This document shows positions 9,922-18,527 of a stretch of 26,272 nucleotides of DNA, piece after piece; position 1 is the first letter of the stretch, and the number at the start of each line of letters is the position of its first letter. The position numbers were made by a program, and so were the translations under genes. The stretch covers positions 1-26,272 of the forward strand of contig CAXHAT010000109.1 of assembly GCA_964014485.1 (NCBI GenBank). The letters are read 5' to 3'. Source of the stretch: an uncultured Deferribacteres bacterium (lineage in GTDB: Bacteria; Zhuqueibacterota; Zhuqueibacteria; Zhuqueibacterales; Geothermadaptataceae). The notes under the pieces were generated by a model. The model ran no database searches. It was not told where the DNA came from and was given only the letters and a program-made list of their open reading frames with translations.

Positions 9922-11745
9922 ATGAAAAACAAATCCTTGTTCAAATGGCTGTTCGGCGCTGCATTAACCGTGACATATTTATTCTCTTGTCAGGGACAGA
10001 ATTGGGGAACCGCCGACATTGCAGTCGATGATATCAAAACTCACGTAACATACCTCGCCGCAGATGAGCTTGAAGGCCGTGAAACAGGTACGACGGGGGA
10101 ACAGAAGGCCGGTGATTACATTGCCGAGGCCTTTTCATCATTCGGCTTGGATCCGGCAGGGGAAAACGGGACTTACTTTCATTCGTTTGACGCCATAGCT
10201 GGCGTTAATCCAGGTAACAAGAACGCCCTTTCCATAATTGTCGGCGGAGAAACTGAATCTCTCAGATTTGGAGAAGATTTCACCGCATTCGGACATACTG
10301 AAAACGGAGATTTTGAAGGCGAAGTTGTTTTTGCGGGATTCGGCATTCAAGCTCCGGATTTAAATTATGATGAATACGCAGGCATTGACGTAAAAGACAA
10401 GATCGTGGTGGCGTTTCGGCACACTCCGGTCGGCGATGATCCGCACAGCGACTTCTTTGCGCATTCCGCGGAACGCAGAAAAGCGATTACTGCGCGTGAA
10501 CAGGGAGCAAAAGCGGTCATTTTTTTAACCGCCGAGGCTGATAATCCTGAAGACGCCCTGGCTGCGCTGCGATACGATAGAACTTCGTCCAGATCTGGCG
10601 TCGGGCTGGCTCATCTTAAGCGGCAAGCCGCGGAGAAGCTTTTTGAAGCGGTCGGAAAATCGCTCGAAAGCGTTCATTCTAAGCTCATCTCAACGAAAAA
10701 ACCAAATTCATTTGAAATCCCCAATGTTAAAATAAACCTTACAACCGATGTCCAAAATGACGAGCGCATTGGCCGCAACGTCGCCGGCTTCCTGGAAGGC
10801 TCCGACCCTGCGTTAAAGGAAGAGATCGTTATTATTGGCGCCCATTACGATCATCTTGGCTACGGCGGCTCCGGATCATTGGACGTTGACAAAGGCGCTC
10901 AAATTCACAACGGAGCTGATGACAATGCTTCCGGGACTGCGGGCTTGATTGAGTTAGCCCAAAAGTTATCGGCCAATCGAGCGTCCTTGAAACGCAGCCA
11001 TCTTTTTATTGCGTTTTCTGGAGAAGAATTGGGACTCTTGGGCTCAAAAGCATATGTTGAAAGCTCCCCAATTTCACTTGAAAACGCAGTCGCTATGATG
11101 AACATGGATATGATCGGGCGCTTGCGGGATGACGAGCTGGTGCTCTATGGCATGGGCACAGCGCCTATTTGGAGCACGCTGGTGGATTCGGCCAACCAGA
11201 CCGCAAATTCCGAGTTGACGCTCAAGAAAAACGATGACGGCGAAGGGCCTAGCGATTTTGCCTCATTCTATCGCGCGAAAATGCCGGTTCTTGCGCTTTT
11301 CACGAATGTCCACGACGATTATCACAAGGCAAGCGATGATGCCCACCTTATAAATTACGAAGGTGAAAAACGCGTATTGGATTTTGCGTATGAAACCCTG
11401 CTCATGCTGGACGACGCTCAGGATCGGCCGCAATTTACGGAAGTTGAAGCTCCGCAAGAACGCCCTGTACGAGCATTCCGGGTATATCTTGGCACCATTC
11501 CCGATTATGGTGATACCGATGTTGAAGGCTTGAAATTATCAGGCGTTCGCAAGGGCGGGCCGGCGGAAAAAGCTGGAATCAAAGGAGGCGACATTATTGT
11601 CAAATTCGGTGAAAAGGAAGTTAAAAACATTTATGATTACATGTATGCTTTGCAGACATACAAACCAGGCGACCAAGTCGAAATCGTCGTACTTCGAGGC
11701 GAGGACAAAATAAGTCTTCCAACGTTGCTTGTAGGCAAAGAATAG
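9922..11745 (+). CDS. Exported M28 family peptidase with PA and C-terminal PDZ domains
   Basis: Signal/lipobox-like LFSC; LEGRETGT; PA insert (VVFAGFGI...DVKDKIV); GAHYDH, GADDNASG, FSGEELGLLGS, NMDMIG; PDZ (LGTIPDY...GPAEKAGIKGGDII). Confidence 0.92.
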   Translation: MKNKSLFKWLFGAALTVTYLFSCQGQNWGTADIAVDDIKTHVTYLAADELEGRETGTTGEQKAGDYIAEAFSSFGLDPAGENGTYFHSFDAIAGVNPGNKNALSIIVGGETESLRFGEDFTAFGHTENGDFEGEVVFAGFGIQAPDLNYDEYAGIDVKDKIVVAFRHTPVGDDPHSDFFAHSAERRKAITAREQGAKAVIFLTAEADNPEDALAALRYDRTSSRSGVGLAHLKRQAAEKLFEAVGKSLESVHSKLISTKKPNSFEIPNVKINLTTDVQNDERIGRNVAGFLEGSDPALKEEIVIIGAHYDHLGYGGSGSLDVDKGAQIHNGADDNASGTAGLIELAQKLSANRASLKRSHLFIAFSGEELGLLGSKAYVESSPISLENAVAMMNMDMIGRLRDDELVLYGMGTAPIWSTLVDSANQTANSELTLKKNDDGEGPSDFASFYRAKMPVLALFTNVHDDYHKASDDAHLINYEGEKRVLDFAYETLLMLDDAQDRPQFTEVEAPQERPVRAFRVYLGTIPDYGDTDVEGLKLSGVRKGGPAEKAGIKGGDIIVKFGEKEVKNIYDYMYALQTYKPGDQVEIVVLRGEDKISLPTLLVGKE

Positions 11746-11758
11746 CCAGTTTCTATAA

Positions 11759-11801
11759 AAACGATCTTGCAGAGGAAGCGAATTCCTCTGCAAGATCGTT
11801 T
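11759..11801. terminator. Perfect 19-bp stem-loop after the peptidase gene
   Basis: AAACGATCTTGCAGAGGAA-gcgaa-TTCCTCTGCAAGATCGTTT. Confidence 0.7.
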
Positions 11802-12054
11802 AGCAGTTTTAGTCGTCCTCCATATTTCCTGCGCGCTGTTAAATCCATCCACCCATTCCTGAAATTTAGAAAAACGTCTCTTGTTTCCCGAATTTGCAAA
11901 CACTCTCGTAAACTCGGCGCACCACGCTCCAGAATTTAAATCTATAAAAAACAGACGCTTGCTTAGCTGAGCCGATTATGGATTAAAGATTGCCTATATT
12001 TTAGAGCATCTACGTTCCTTTTCGCTATCACTTCTCTGCTTCAAGGAGGCTCTC

Positions 12055-13071
12055 ATGCTAACCATCAACAAAATTCTGTTTCCGACGGATTTTTCGACTT
12101 GCGCCGAACATGCATTTGATGAAGCGTTGGCCTTGGCGAAAGCATATGACGCTGAACTGCACATGCTAAATGCGATCAAGCTTAGTGATGAAATTCCGTC
12201 TGGCATGTTCGATTTTTACGGTCCCCGCTTGAACAGCCCGGGATATTATCCGGTTGACGATACGCTTTTCACGCGAGAACTGGATAAAATTCATCACCGA
12301 CTGAAGAAAAACGCTGAAGAAAGAATGGACGAGTGGGTAAGTTCGTCGAAGGCAAAAGGCGCAAAAATCCATCGAATAGCTCTGGAAGGAATCGTCCCTG
12401 CGCAAGTCATCATCGATTATGCAACCGAGCACGATATTGATTTGATCGTTATGGGAACGCACGGCAGGCGCGGATTGAAGCACTTGTTGCTCGGCAGCGT
12501 TGCCGAAGAAGTCGTACAGCGGGCTGTATGTTCAGTTTACACTGTGCGAGAAAAATCTGAAACCCCGCCCAAGCTGGAAAATCGAAACATACTCGTACCG
12601 CTTGATTTTTCAGAATTCTCACAAGAAGCGCTGGCCTATGCCGTTCATCTCGCCGGCGCCTTCAACGGACAATTGCAACTTCTGCATGTTGTTGAGCGAT
12701 ACGTCACGCCTGAATTCTACGGCCCGGAACCCTATATTTCCGGCGAATCTAAAGATATTACCACGCTCGAAGCTGAAGCGTTAGCGGAACTGCAAAAGCT
12801 ATTTGTCGAAAACCACGCGAATGCTGTAAGTCATGGGTGCTTTGTAAAAAGCGGACACGTGACGAAAGAAATTTTGCGTTTTGCGGACGAGAATCATTCT
12901 GACTTAATCGTCATGGCGACGCACGGCTTGACGGGTCTGGATCACTTCTTGATGGGCAGCGTGGCCGAAAAAATCGTTCGGCAGGCGCCCTGCCCCGTAT
13001 TCACGCTAAAGTCGTTTGGCAGAGGACTTTTGACTTCCGGAAAGTCATCCAAAACTGCAACAGCTAAATAA
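12055..13071 (+). CDS. Tandem-domain universal stress protein
   Basis: Two USP domains: ILFPTDFS...DLIVMGTHGRRG...LLGSVAEEVV and ILVPLDFS...DLIVMATHG...MGSVAEKIVRQAPCPV; AGGAGG RBS. Confidence 0.93.
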   Translation: MLTINKILFPTDFSTCAEHAFDEALALAKAYDAELHMLNAIKLSDEIPSGMFDFYGPRLNSPGYYPVDDTLFTRELDKIHHRLKKNAEERMDEWVSSSKAKGAKIHRIALEGIVPAQVIIDYATEHDIDLIVMGTHGRRGLKHLLLGSVAEEVVQRAVCSVYTVREKSETPPKLENRNILVPLDFSEFSQEALAYAVHLAGAFNGQLQLLHVVERYVTPEFYGPEPYISGESKDITTLEAEALAELQKLFVENHANAVSHGCFVKSGHVTKEILRFADENHSDLIVMATHGLTGLDHFLMGSVAEKIVRQAPCPVFTLKSFGRGLLTSGKSSKTATAK

Positions 13072-13146
13072 ATTCATATCGTTCGCCTGGATAATTGAGC
13101 AGCATGTGAATAATCCGGGTTAGGAGCCGTTTAAAAGGAGTATGCA

Positions 13147-14148
13147 ATGGATCTTTCGACCAGCTACATGGGCATGAAATTGAAGAGCCCGCTCGTTCCT
13201 TCATCATCGCCGTTGACGCACAAACTTGATAACCTTAAGAAAATGGAAGACGCTGGGGCGGGAGCCGTCGTTTTGTACTCGTTGTTTGAGGAAGAACTCG
13301 CACTCGAACGGTTTCCGGCTTTTTTGAATCTTGAATCCGGCTCGGAAGCATTTGTAGATTCGCTTACCTATTTTCCGGATATGGACGAATACACCGTAGG
13401 CCCAGACGCCTACTGCGAGCATATCAGAAAAGCAAAAGAGGCGCTCGACATCCCAGTCTTTGGCAGTTTGAACGGGCCGTCGTTGCAAATCTACGCGGAT
13501 TATGCGAAACGCCTTGAAGAAGCAGGCGCCGACGGTATTGAACTGAACATGTACGCCGTTGAAGCCAACCCCATGACGCAAGGTAAAGGCATTGAGAGTT
13601 ATTATTACGATACGGTTCAGGAAGTCACGCAACTCGTTTCCATCCCAGTCGCCGTAAAACTGAGTCCTTATTTTACCAGCATGGCGAATTTTGCAGCCGG
13701 GCTTGCGAATGCAGGCGCCGACGGGCTGGTAATGTTCAACCGTTTTTATCAACCCGATATATTTTTGGAAACGATGGAAGTCAAACCCAACTTGCTTTTG
13801 AGCACGCCGCAGGATTTACGCCTGCCCATGCGCTGGATCGCCATTCTTTATGATCGGACAAGCGCTGATTTGGCGGCCACAAGCGGTATCCATCGCGCCG
13901 TCGACGTCGTCAAAATGCTGATGGCGGGTGCGAACGTTACTATGCTCTGTTCTGTCCTTTTGCGCCATGGCGTTGACCACATCAAGGTGATTTCTAAACA
14001 TCTTGAGCACTGGCTGGAAAGAAAGGAATACGAATCCGTCGATCAAATTCGCGGCGTCTTGAGCCATAAAAATTGTGCGCATCCGGAAGCGTTTGAACGT
14101 GCCCAGTACATCAAAACGCTCTCAAACTACGCAAAAGACAAGCGCTGA
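13147..14148 (+). CDS. Dihydroorotate dehydrogenase-like flavoprotein (DHOD-like subfamily)
   Basis: MDLSTSYMGMKLKSPLV, GAGAVVLYSLFEE, PVAVKLSPYF, FNRFYQPDI, LRLPMRWIAIL, AFERAQY; ELNMY replaces the catalytic ELNxSCPN loop. Confidence 0.9.
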   Translation: MDLSTSYMGMKLKSPLVPSSSPLTHKLDNLKKMEDAGAGAVVLYSLFEEELALERFPAFLNLESGSEAFVDSLTYFPDMDEYTVGPDAYCEHIRKAKEALDIPVFGSLNGPSLQIYADYAKRLEEAGADGIELNMYAVEANPMTQGKGIESYYYDTVQEVTQLVSIPVAVKLSPYFTSMANFAAGLANAGADGLVMFNRFYQPDIFLETMEVKPNLLLSTPQDLRLPMRWIAILYDRTSADLAATSGIHRAVDVVKMLMAGANVTMLCSVLLRHGVDHIKVISKHLEHWLERKEYESVDQIRGVLSHKNCAHPEAFERAQYIKTLSNYAKDKR

Positions 14149-14172
14149 CAATGACTCTGCAAACTCGCACGC

Positions 14173-14195
14173 TCGCCGCCTTCACAAGGCGGCGA
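14173..14195. terminator. GC-rich stem-loop after the DHOD-like gene
   Basis: TCGCCGCCTT-cac-AAGGCGGCGA followed by an A-run. Confidence 0.55.
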
Positions 14196-14494
14196 TAAAA
14201 AGCCTGGGACGCTCTAAATGCGCGGGGTGTTAAACATCAGATTTGACTTCAGTACAAAATGCTCGAACGTCCTCTGCTTTTGGTAATTATTCAGCTAGCC
14301 AACCGCGCTTGTGATTGTGATCGAGAAGTAACTTGGAGTCAAACGCTTCAGCGTTTCAGTGCAGCCCGCCATCGCTGGCGACGATGAATCAACGCACCCC
14401 GAAAAGCGTTACTCAGAAGACCAAATCGAGATAGCCTTGTTTTTGAATTTTCCGAAAAAATTTCTCGGTAAATGTTAAGCAAAGGACGTCCGGA

Positions 14495-15241
14495 ATGAAA
14501 AAGTCCGTTGTTTTCATCAGCATTTTAGTCGTCGCGAGCGACTTAGATGCACAAGCATTGGGCCAGTCAAAGCATTTTCTTCTATCACAGCTAACAACTG
14601 TTTCAAGCGCGTGGTCGGAAGGGCAAAACGGGCGCGTGTTCCATTACAGTAAAATCAAAAACTTCGATTCGACTTTGCCGTTGCGATCCTCTTCTCAAAA
14701 ACCGCCGTTGCGAAAGGGACGCGTCATCGGACAAATTGTTATGGGCGGCGCGATGGGTGCTCTTATTGGAGCGGGCGGTGCTTTGGTCGGCGTCGTTGCG
14801 GAAAGAACAACGACTAGCTCATGCGACGATTGGTGCGGTCTCATTGGCGCGGCTTCAGGGTTTGCCGTTGGATACACGTTCGGCAGTGCGCTAGGCGTGA
14901 AAATTATTGGCAGTCGCGGGAACGAAACGGGATCGTTTGCTGCAGGGCTTCTTGGTGCGGCGGCTGGATTTTCGATTTGGTACATCGCGTCAGCGAGGGG
15001 TCGTGACGGCGTGTCCGACGGCGCGCTTGCGACCTTTGTGCTTTGGCCGCCTATCGGCGCGACGCTGTTTTTCAACCAGACGCGGCGATACGAAAATTCG
15101 TCGCCGCAAAATCACGCGCTGCTCAATTTCGACAACAAGCGTCTCCGGCTTGGCGTTCCGGCAATTGTCGTACGCCCAGTACATTCCATGAATGCTGCAA
15201 AGGTCGCGGGCGCAGCGACAATTTTGAGCATGTCGTTTTAA
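14495..15241 (+). CDS. Hypothetical exported/membrane protein with glycine-rich (glycine-zipper-like) helices
   Basis: Signal-like N-terminus; repeated GxxxG helices; CDDWC pair; C-terminal beta-strand-like segment ending in Phe. Confidence 0.65.
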   Translation: MKKSVVFISILVVASDLDAQALGQSKHFLLSQLTTVSSAWSEGQNGRVFHYSKIKNFDSTLPLRSSSQKPPLRKGRVIGQIVMGGAMGALIGAGGALVGVVAERTTTSSCDDWCGLIGAASGFAVGYTFGSALGVKIIGSRGNETGSFAAGLLGAAAGFSIWYIASARGRDGVSDGALATFVLWPPIGATLFFNQTRRYENSSPQNHALLNFDNKRLRLGVPAIVVRPVHSMNAAKVAGAATILSMSF

Positions 15242-15270
15242 AAATCGACGCCAGGGACAGGCAGCACCAA

Positions 15271-17688
15271 TCACCCTTTTACCAGAAAGGCGTCAAGATT
15301 TAGAATGACGTTGGCGGCAATGACCAATGCAGCAAGGCGTGCGCTGTTTTCGTTCTTAGCTCCGACGACCTGCGAAGCCGCTTCCGGGGAGCCTTGGTAA
15401 TAGCTGAAGCTTTTTTCATACGCTTGACGCAATTCACCTGGAATGTGCGGATCGGGCTCGGAAATGAGTGCAAGACGGTAGCCAAATCGAAGTTGTTCAT
15501 CCAAGTCACTAGAAATATTTGCCATACGTCGCGCCAAAGCTTGCGCCGCTTCAAAATAGACGGGATCGTTCAGAGTCACCAGCGCTTGCAGCGGCGTATT
15601 CGTGCGAATGCGTCGCGACACGCAAAACTCTCGACTGGGACTGTCGAAAGTCAAAAAAGACGGGTATGGGCTCGACTTGCGTGTAAACGTGTACAATCCT
15701 CGCCGGTATCGATCTTCCCCCCTGCTCTCTCGCCATTTCAACACATGACGAATCACATTCCAGACACCGTCCGGCTGCGGCGGCATCACACTGCGACCAT
15801 ACATTTTTTTGCTCAACAAGCCAGAAACCGCCAATGCCTGGTCGCGCACTTGCTCCGCTGAAAGCCGAACACGCGGAAATCGAGCCAGCCAAATGTTTTC
15901 CGGGTCTATCTCGACATGCGCCGCCGTTGTGTGCGAAACCTGACGGTATGTCGCGGACATAACGATTTCCTTGAGCAGCTTTTTGATGCTCCACTTGTGC
16001 TTGTCCGTAAACTCGACCGCCAGCCAGTCCAGCAATTGCGGATGTGACGGCGCCGCGCCCTGTGTACCAAAATCTTCCAGCGTGGAAACCAGGCCGCATC
16101 CAAAGATTTGGGCCCAAAAACGATTGACCGTGACGCGCGCCGTCAACGGATTCTCGGGGCTGACCAGCCAACGCGCCAGCGCAAGACGATCCTTTGACGC
16201 ATCATCTGAAAAAGCCGGCAAAACTTCCGGCGTACCAGGCTCAACCTCTTGACCATGAACTAACCAGTTGCCGCGTTCGAAAATGTGGGTTTTCCGCCGC
16301 AGGCTGTCAGGCAATTCCTGCATAATCGGCGTACGCACGGGTTCAATCAGCGCCAGCGAGTCGCCCGGCTCAACGTTTTGCAGAATCGTTTGCAAAGATT
16401 CAAAGTCAACGACTCCAGATTCGGAGATTTTAAATTCCGGGGAAGCCTGCGCTGCGAACTGGAAAATACGTTCTTGGTCTGCGAGTGAAAACGTCGGCAA
16501 AGTCGGCGCCTCGTTAGATCTATCGGCGTCGGCGGTATTATTGAAAAAAGCGAAGGATTGGAAGTATTCTTCATGCCGGAAAGGATCGTAAGGGTGGCTG
16601 TGGCACTGCACGCAACTCATGGTCGTGCCCTGCCACACTTCCCATGTCGTATTGACGCGGTCGATGACCGCAGCGGTGCGGAATTCTTCATCATCCGTCC
16701 CGCCTTCATCGTTTGTCATGGTGTTGCGGTGAAAAGCGGTGGCGAGAATCTGGTTTTCCGTTGCGTTCGGCAGCAAGTCTCCGGCAAGCTGCTCGATAGT
16801 AAATTGATCAAACGGCATGTCATCGTTAAACGCCTGAATCACCCAGTCGCGGTAGCGCCAAATGCTGCGATACGGGTCTTTCTGGTAGCCTTGCGAATCG
16901 CCGTAGCGCGCCAAATCGAGCCACATGCTCGCCCAGTGTTCGCCAAAATGCGGCGAAGCCAGCAGCCGGTCAACGACCTTTTCAAACGCCTGCGGCGAAT
17001 CATCCATTAGAAAAGCGTCCGCGTCCTCCAGCGTCGGGGGCAAGCCAATCAAATCCAGGCTCGCGCGCCGAATCAGCGTCTCCTTCCCCGCCTCCGGCGA
17101 CGGCGCCAGCCCCCGCTCCCGCATCTTCCGCAGCACAAAAAAATCAATCTCATTCCGTGACCATTGCTCTTCTCCGCTTTCTACAATGTTAGCGTCATTC
17201 CCGCGCAGGCGGGAATCCAGAGGGGCGTCCCGAACAACGTGCGCTGACGCTTTGCTCTGAACTGGCAGTCCAGTCTTCACTGGCTCAACATACGCCCAAT
17301 GCGTTTCCCATTTCGCGCCTTGCGCAATCCATTTTCTCAGAACGTCAATTTCTATCGGCGACAAGGGCGGCTTATCGGCGGGCATACGCTCCTCAGGATC
17401 ATCCGACGTGATGCGCGCAATCATCTCACTGATTTCCGGCTTGCCCGGAACAATCGCTCGATTCCCGGATTTCACCGCTTGCATGGCCTCTTCTTCAAAC
17501 AAAAAACTCACCCCGCCGTTCTTCCGCACGCCGCCGTGACAGGCCAGACAGTTTTTATTGAGAATCGGCTTCACCTCGGCGTTAAAATCGACCTCGCGCT
17601 GTTCAATCGGCGAGCAGGCCTGCACCGCCAGCAGCAGCACGAAAACGATTTTTGCGGCGGGAAAGAAACGTTGAATTATTACAGCCAT
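15271..17688 (-). CDS. Planctomycete-type cytochrome c / DUF1549 / DUF1553 (PSD1) protein
   Basis: VDFNAEVKPIL..NCLACHGG; HWAY; LIRRASLDLIGLPP; WLDLARYGDS; second CxxCH (CVQCHSHPYDP); NPLTARVTVNRFW; SHPQLLDWLA; TNTPLQALVTLND. Start moved to ATG 17688 (signal peptide with AVQAC); the upstream 84 codons lie mostly in repeats. Confidence 0.9.
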   Translation of the reverse strand: MAVIIQRFFPAAKIVFVLLLAVQACSPIEQREVDFNAEVKPILNKNCLACHGGVRKNGGVSFLFEEEAMQAVKSGNRAIVPGKPEISEMIARITSDDPEERMPADKPPLSPIEIDVLRKWIAQGAKWETHWAYVEPVKTGLPVQSKASAHVVRDAPLDSRLRGNDANIVESGEEQWSRNEIDFFVLRKMRERGLAPSPEAGKETLIRRASLDLIGLPPTLEDADAFLMDDSPQAFEKVVDRLLASPHFGEHWASMWLDLARYGDSQGYQKDPYRSIWRYRDWVIQAFNDDMPFDQFTIEQLAGDLLPNATENQILATAFHRNTMTNDEGGTDDEEFRTAAVIDRVNTTWEVWQGTTMSCVQCHSHPYDPFRHEEYFQSFAFFNNTADADRSNEAPTLPTFSLADQERIFQFAAQASPEFKISESGVVDFESLQTILQNVEPGDSLALIEPVRTPIMQELPDSLRRKTHIFERGNWLVHGQEVEPGTPEVLPAFSDDASKDRLALARWLVSPENPLTARVTVNRFWAQIFGCGLVSTLEDFGTQGAAPSHPQLLDWLAVEFTDKHKWSIKKLLKEIVMSATYRQVSHTTAAHVEIDPENIWLARFPRVRLSAEQVRDQALAVSGLLSKKMYGRSVMPPQPDGVWNVIRHVLKWRESRGEDRYRRGLYTFTRKSSPYPSFLTFDSPSREFCVSRRIRTNTPLQALVTLNDPVYFEAAQALARRMANISSDLDEQLRFGYRLALISEPDPHIPGELRQAYEKSFSYYQGSPEAASQVVGAKNENSARLAALVIAANVILNLDAFLVKG
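17194..17220. repeat. dRS3-like palindrome inside the CDS
   Basis: GTCATTCCCGCGCAGGCGGGAATCCAG contains ATTCCC-N8-GGGAAT; its reverse-complement end GGGAATGAC also occurs at window positions 1-9. Confidence 0.75.
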
Positions 17689-17738
17689 AATTTGAGTTCC
17701 CTGGGTACAGAGTTTTAAGTATGCGATTATACCGAAGC

Positions 17739-17885
17739 CGCCAACCTGAGCGCGAAGCACGTAAAAATTCCCTCTTTGAAGGGGGTAGGGGGATGTTTTG
17801 GGGCGTCGGAGCAAAGGCCGCAGCCTCAAACATCCCCCCCTCCCCGCCCCCCTTCGAAGGGGGAAACTTCGGGCGCTTCGCGCCC
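17739..17885. repeat. Palindromic REP-like element (CCCCCTTCGAAGGGGG type); right arm interrupted
   Basis: GCGCGAAGC/GCTTCGCGC, GGGGGATGTTT/AAACATCCCCC and two CCC.YTTYGAAGGGGG sub-palindromes. Confidence 0.7.
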
Positions 17886-17886
17886 T

Positions 17887-18125
17887 AGAGCGTATTTGGA
17901 AAGTCCCAGCGGGACGAATGAAAATAGCCCGGCGATTCATCGCCGGGGGAAGCGGCCGGGTTTTTCCCTCGTTTGAAGTCCCGTAGGGACGACCGAAATC
18001 AAGCCAAGCGCTGCAATCTCAACCGTCCCTGCGGGACTTCAAGGCGAGAAACGTGACATTTCGCCCCAACGATAAATCGTTGGGCTATTTTCAAGCGTCC
18101 TTCCAGGACTTTCCAAATACGCTCT
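17887..18125. mobile_element. MITE-like non-autonomous element, about 239 bp
   Basis: Perfect 20-bp terminal inverted repeats AGAGCGTATTTGGAAAGTCC / GGACTTTCCAAATACGCTCT; TA at both junctions; symmetric internal GTCCC-N3-GGGAC and TGAAAATAGCCC/GGGCTATTTTCA units; no transposase. Confidence 0.75.
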
Positions 18126-18202
18126 TAGGTTGACGCGCGTCCAAAGCAGTCGGAATGGTCACGAGACGATAAACGTCCGCCGGTTTCATCCGCGAGATGA
18201 GA

Positions 18203-18336
18203 AAGGAGTGCAAGGCTTGCCTTGCTTTTCAGCGGCAGGCGTTTTCTGAATCGCGAATTTCATCTTATCTTTTGCTGGAATGTTTGTTTTTTGTTCGGTT
18301 GAGCGAGTGAAAGGCAAAGCAAGCTTTGCACTCCTT
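18203..18336. repeat. Inverted REP doublet (AGGAGTGCAAGGCTTGCCTTGC family)
   Basis: 18203-18225 and an inverted copy at 18314-18336; a third copy at 24376-24397. Confidence 0.75.
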
Positions 18337-18478
18337 GCGGTGATACAGACAACCGTTTTTCCTTTCACGCCTCTGGGTAACCGCTGTCGTTAATATTTTT
18401 CATGAGTGCGGCTTCCGCCTCACGAAAAAGCTGCATTTGTATAGCGTCAACTCCATTTCTGAAAACCAAAAAAATTTT

Positions 18479-18527
18479 CCCGCTTCGCGGGGCTCAAAGG
18501 GTAAAAAGTGTAAAAAGCGCTCAAAGT
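18479..18527 (-). promoter_or_regulatory. Putative DGR target-recognition region (3' tract plus GAA-loop hairpin)
   Basis: After the stop, on the minus strand: ACTTTGAGCGCTTTTTACACTTTTTACCCTTTGAGC then CCCGC-GAA-GCGGG. Confidence 0.55.

Noticed and set aside
14200..14490. Possible small gene or pseudogene in the intergenic gap
   Set aside because: Only short frames (about 42 aa) with no RBS or recognisable motif
17689..17940. 84-aa N-terminal extension of the 889-aa ORF
   Set aside because: Mostly translates palindromic repeat DNA (Arg/Pro/Gly-rich); a signal peptide begins at ATG 17688
18186..18368. 60-aa minus-strand ORF, and short ORFs at 17776-17986
   Set aside because: They coincide with REP/MITE palindromes and show no protein-like motifs
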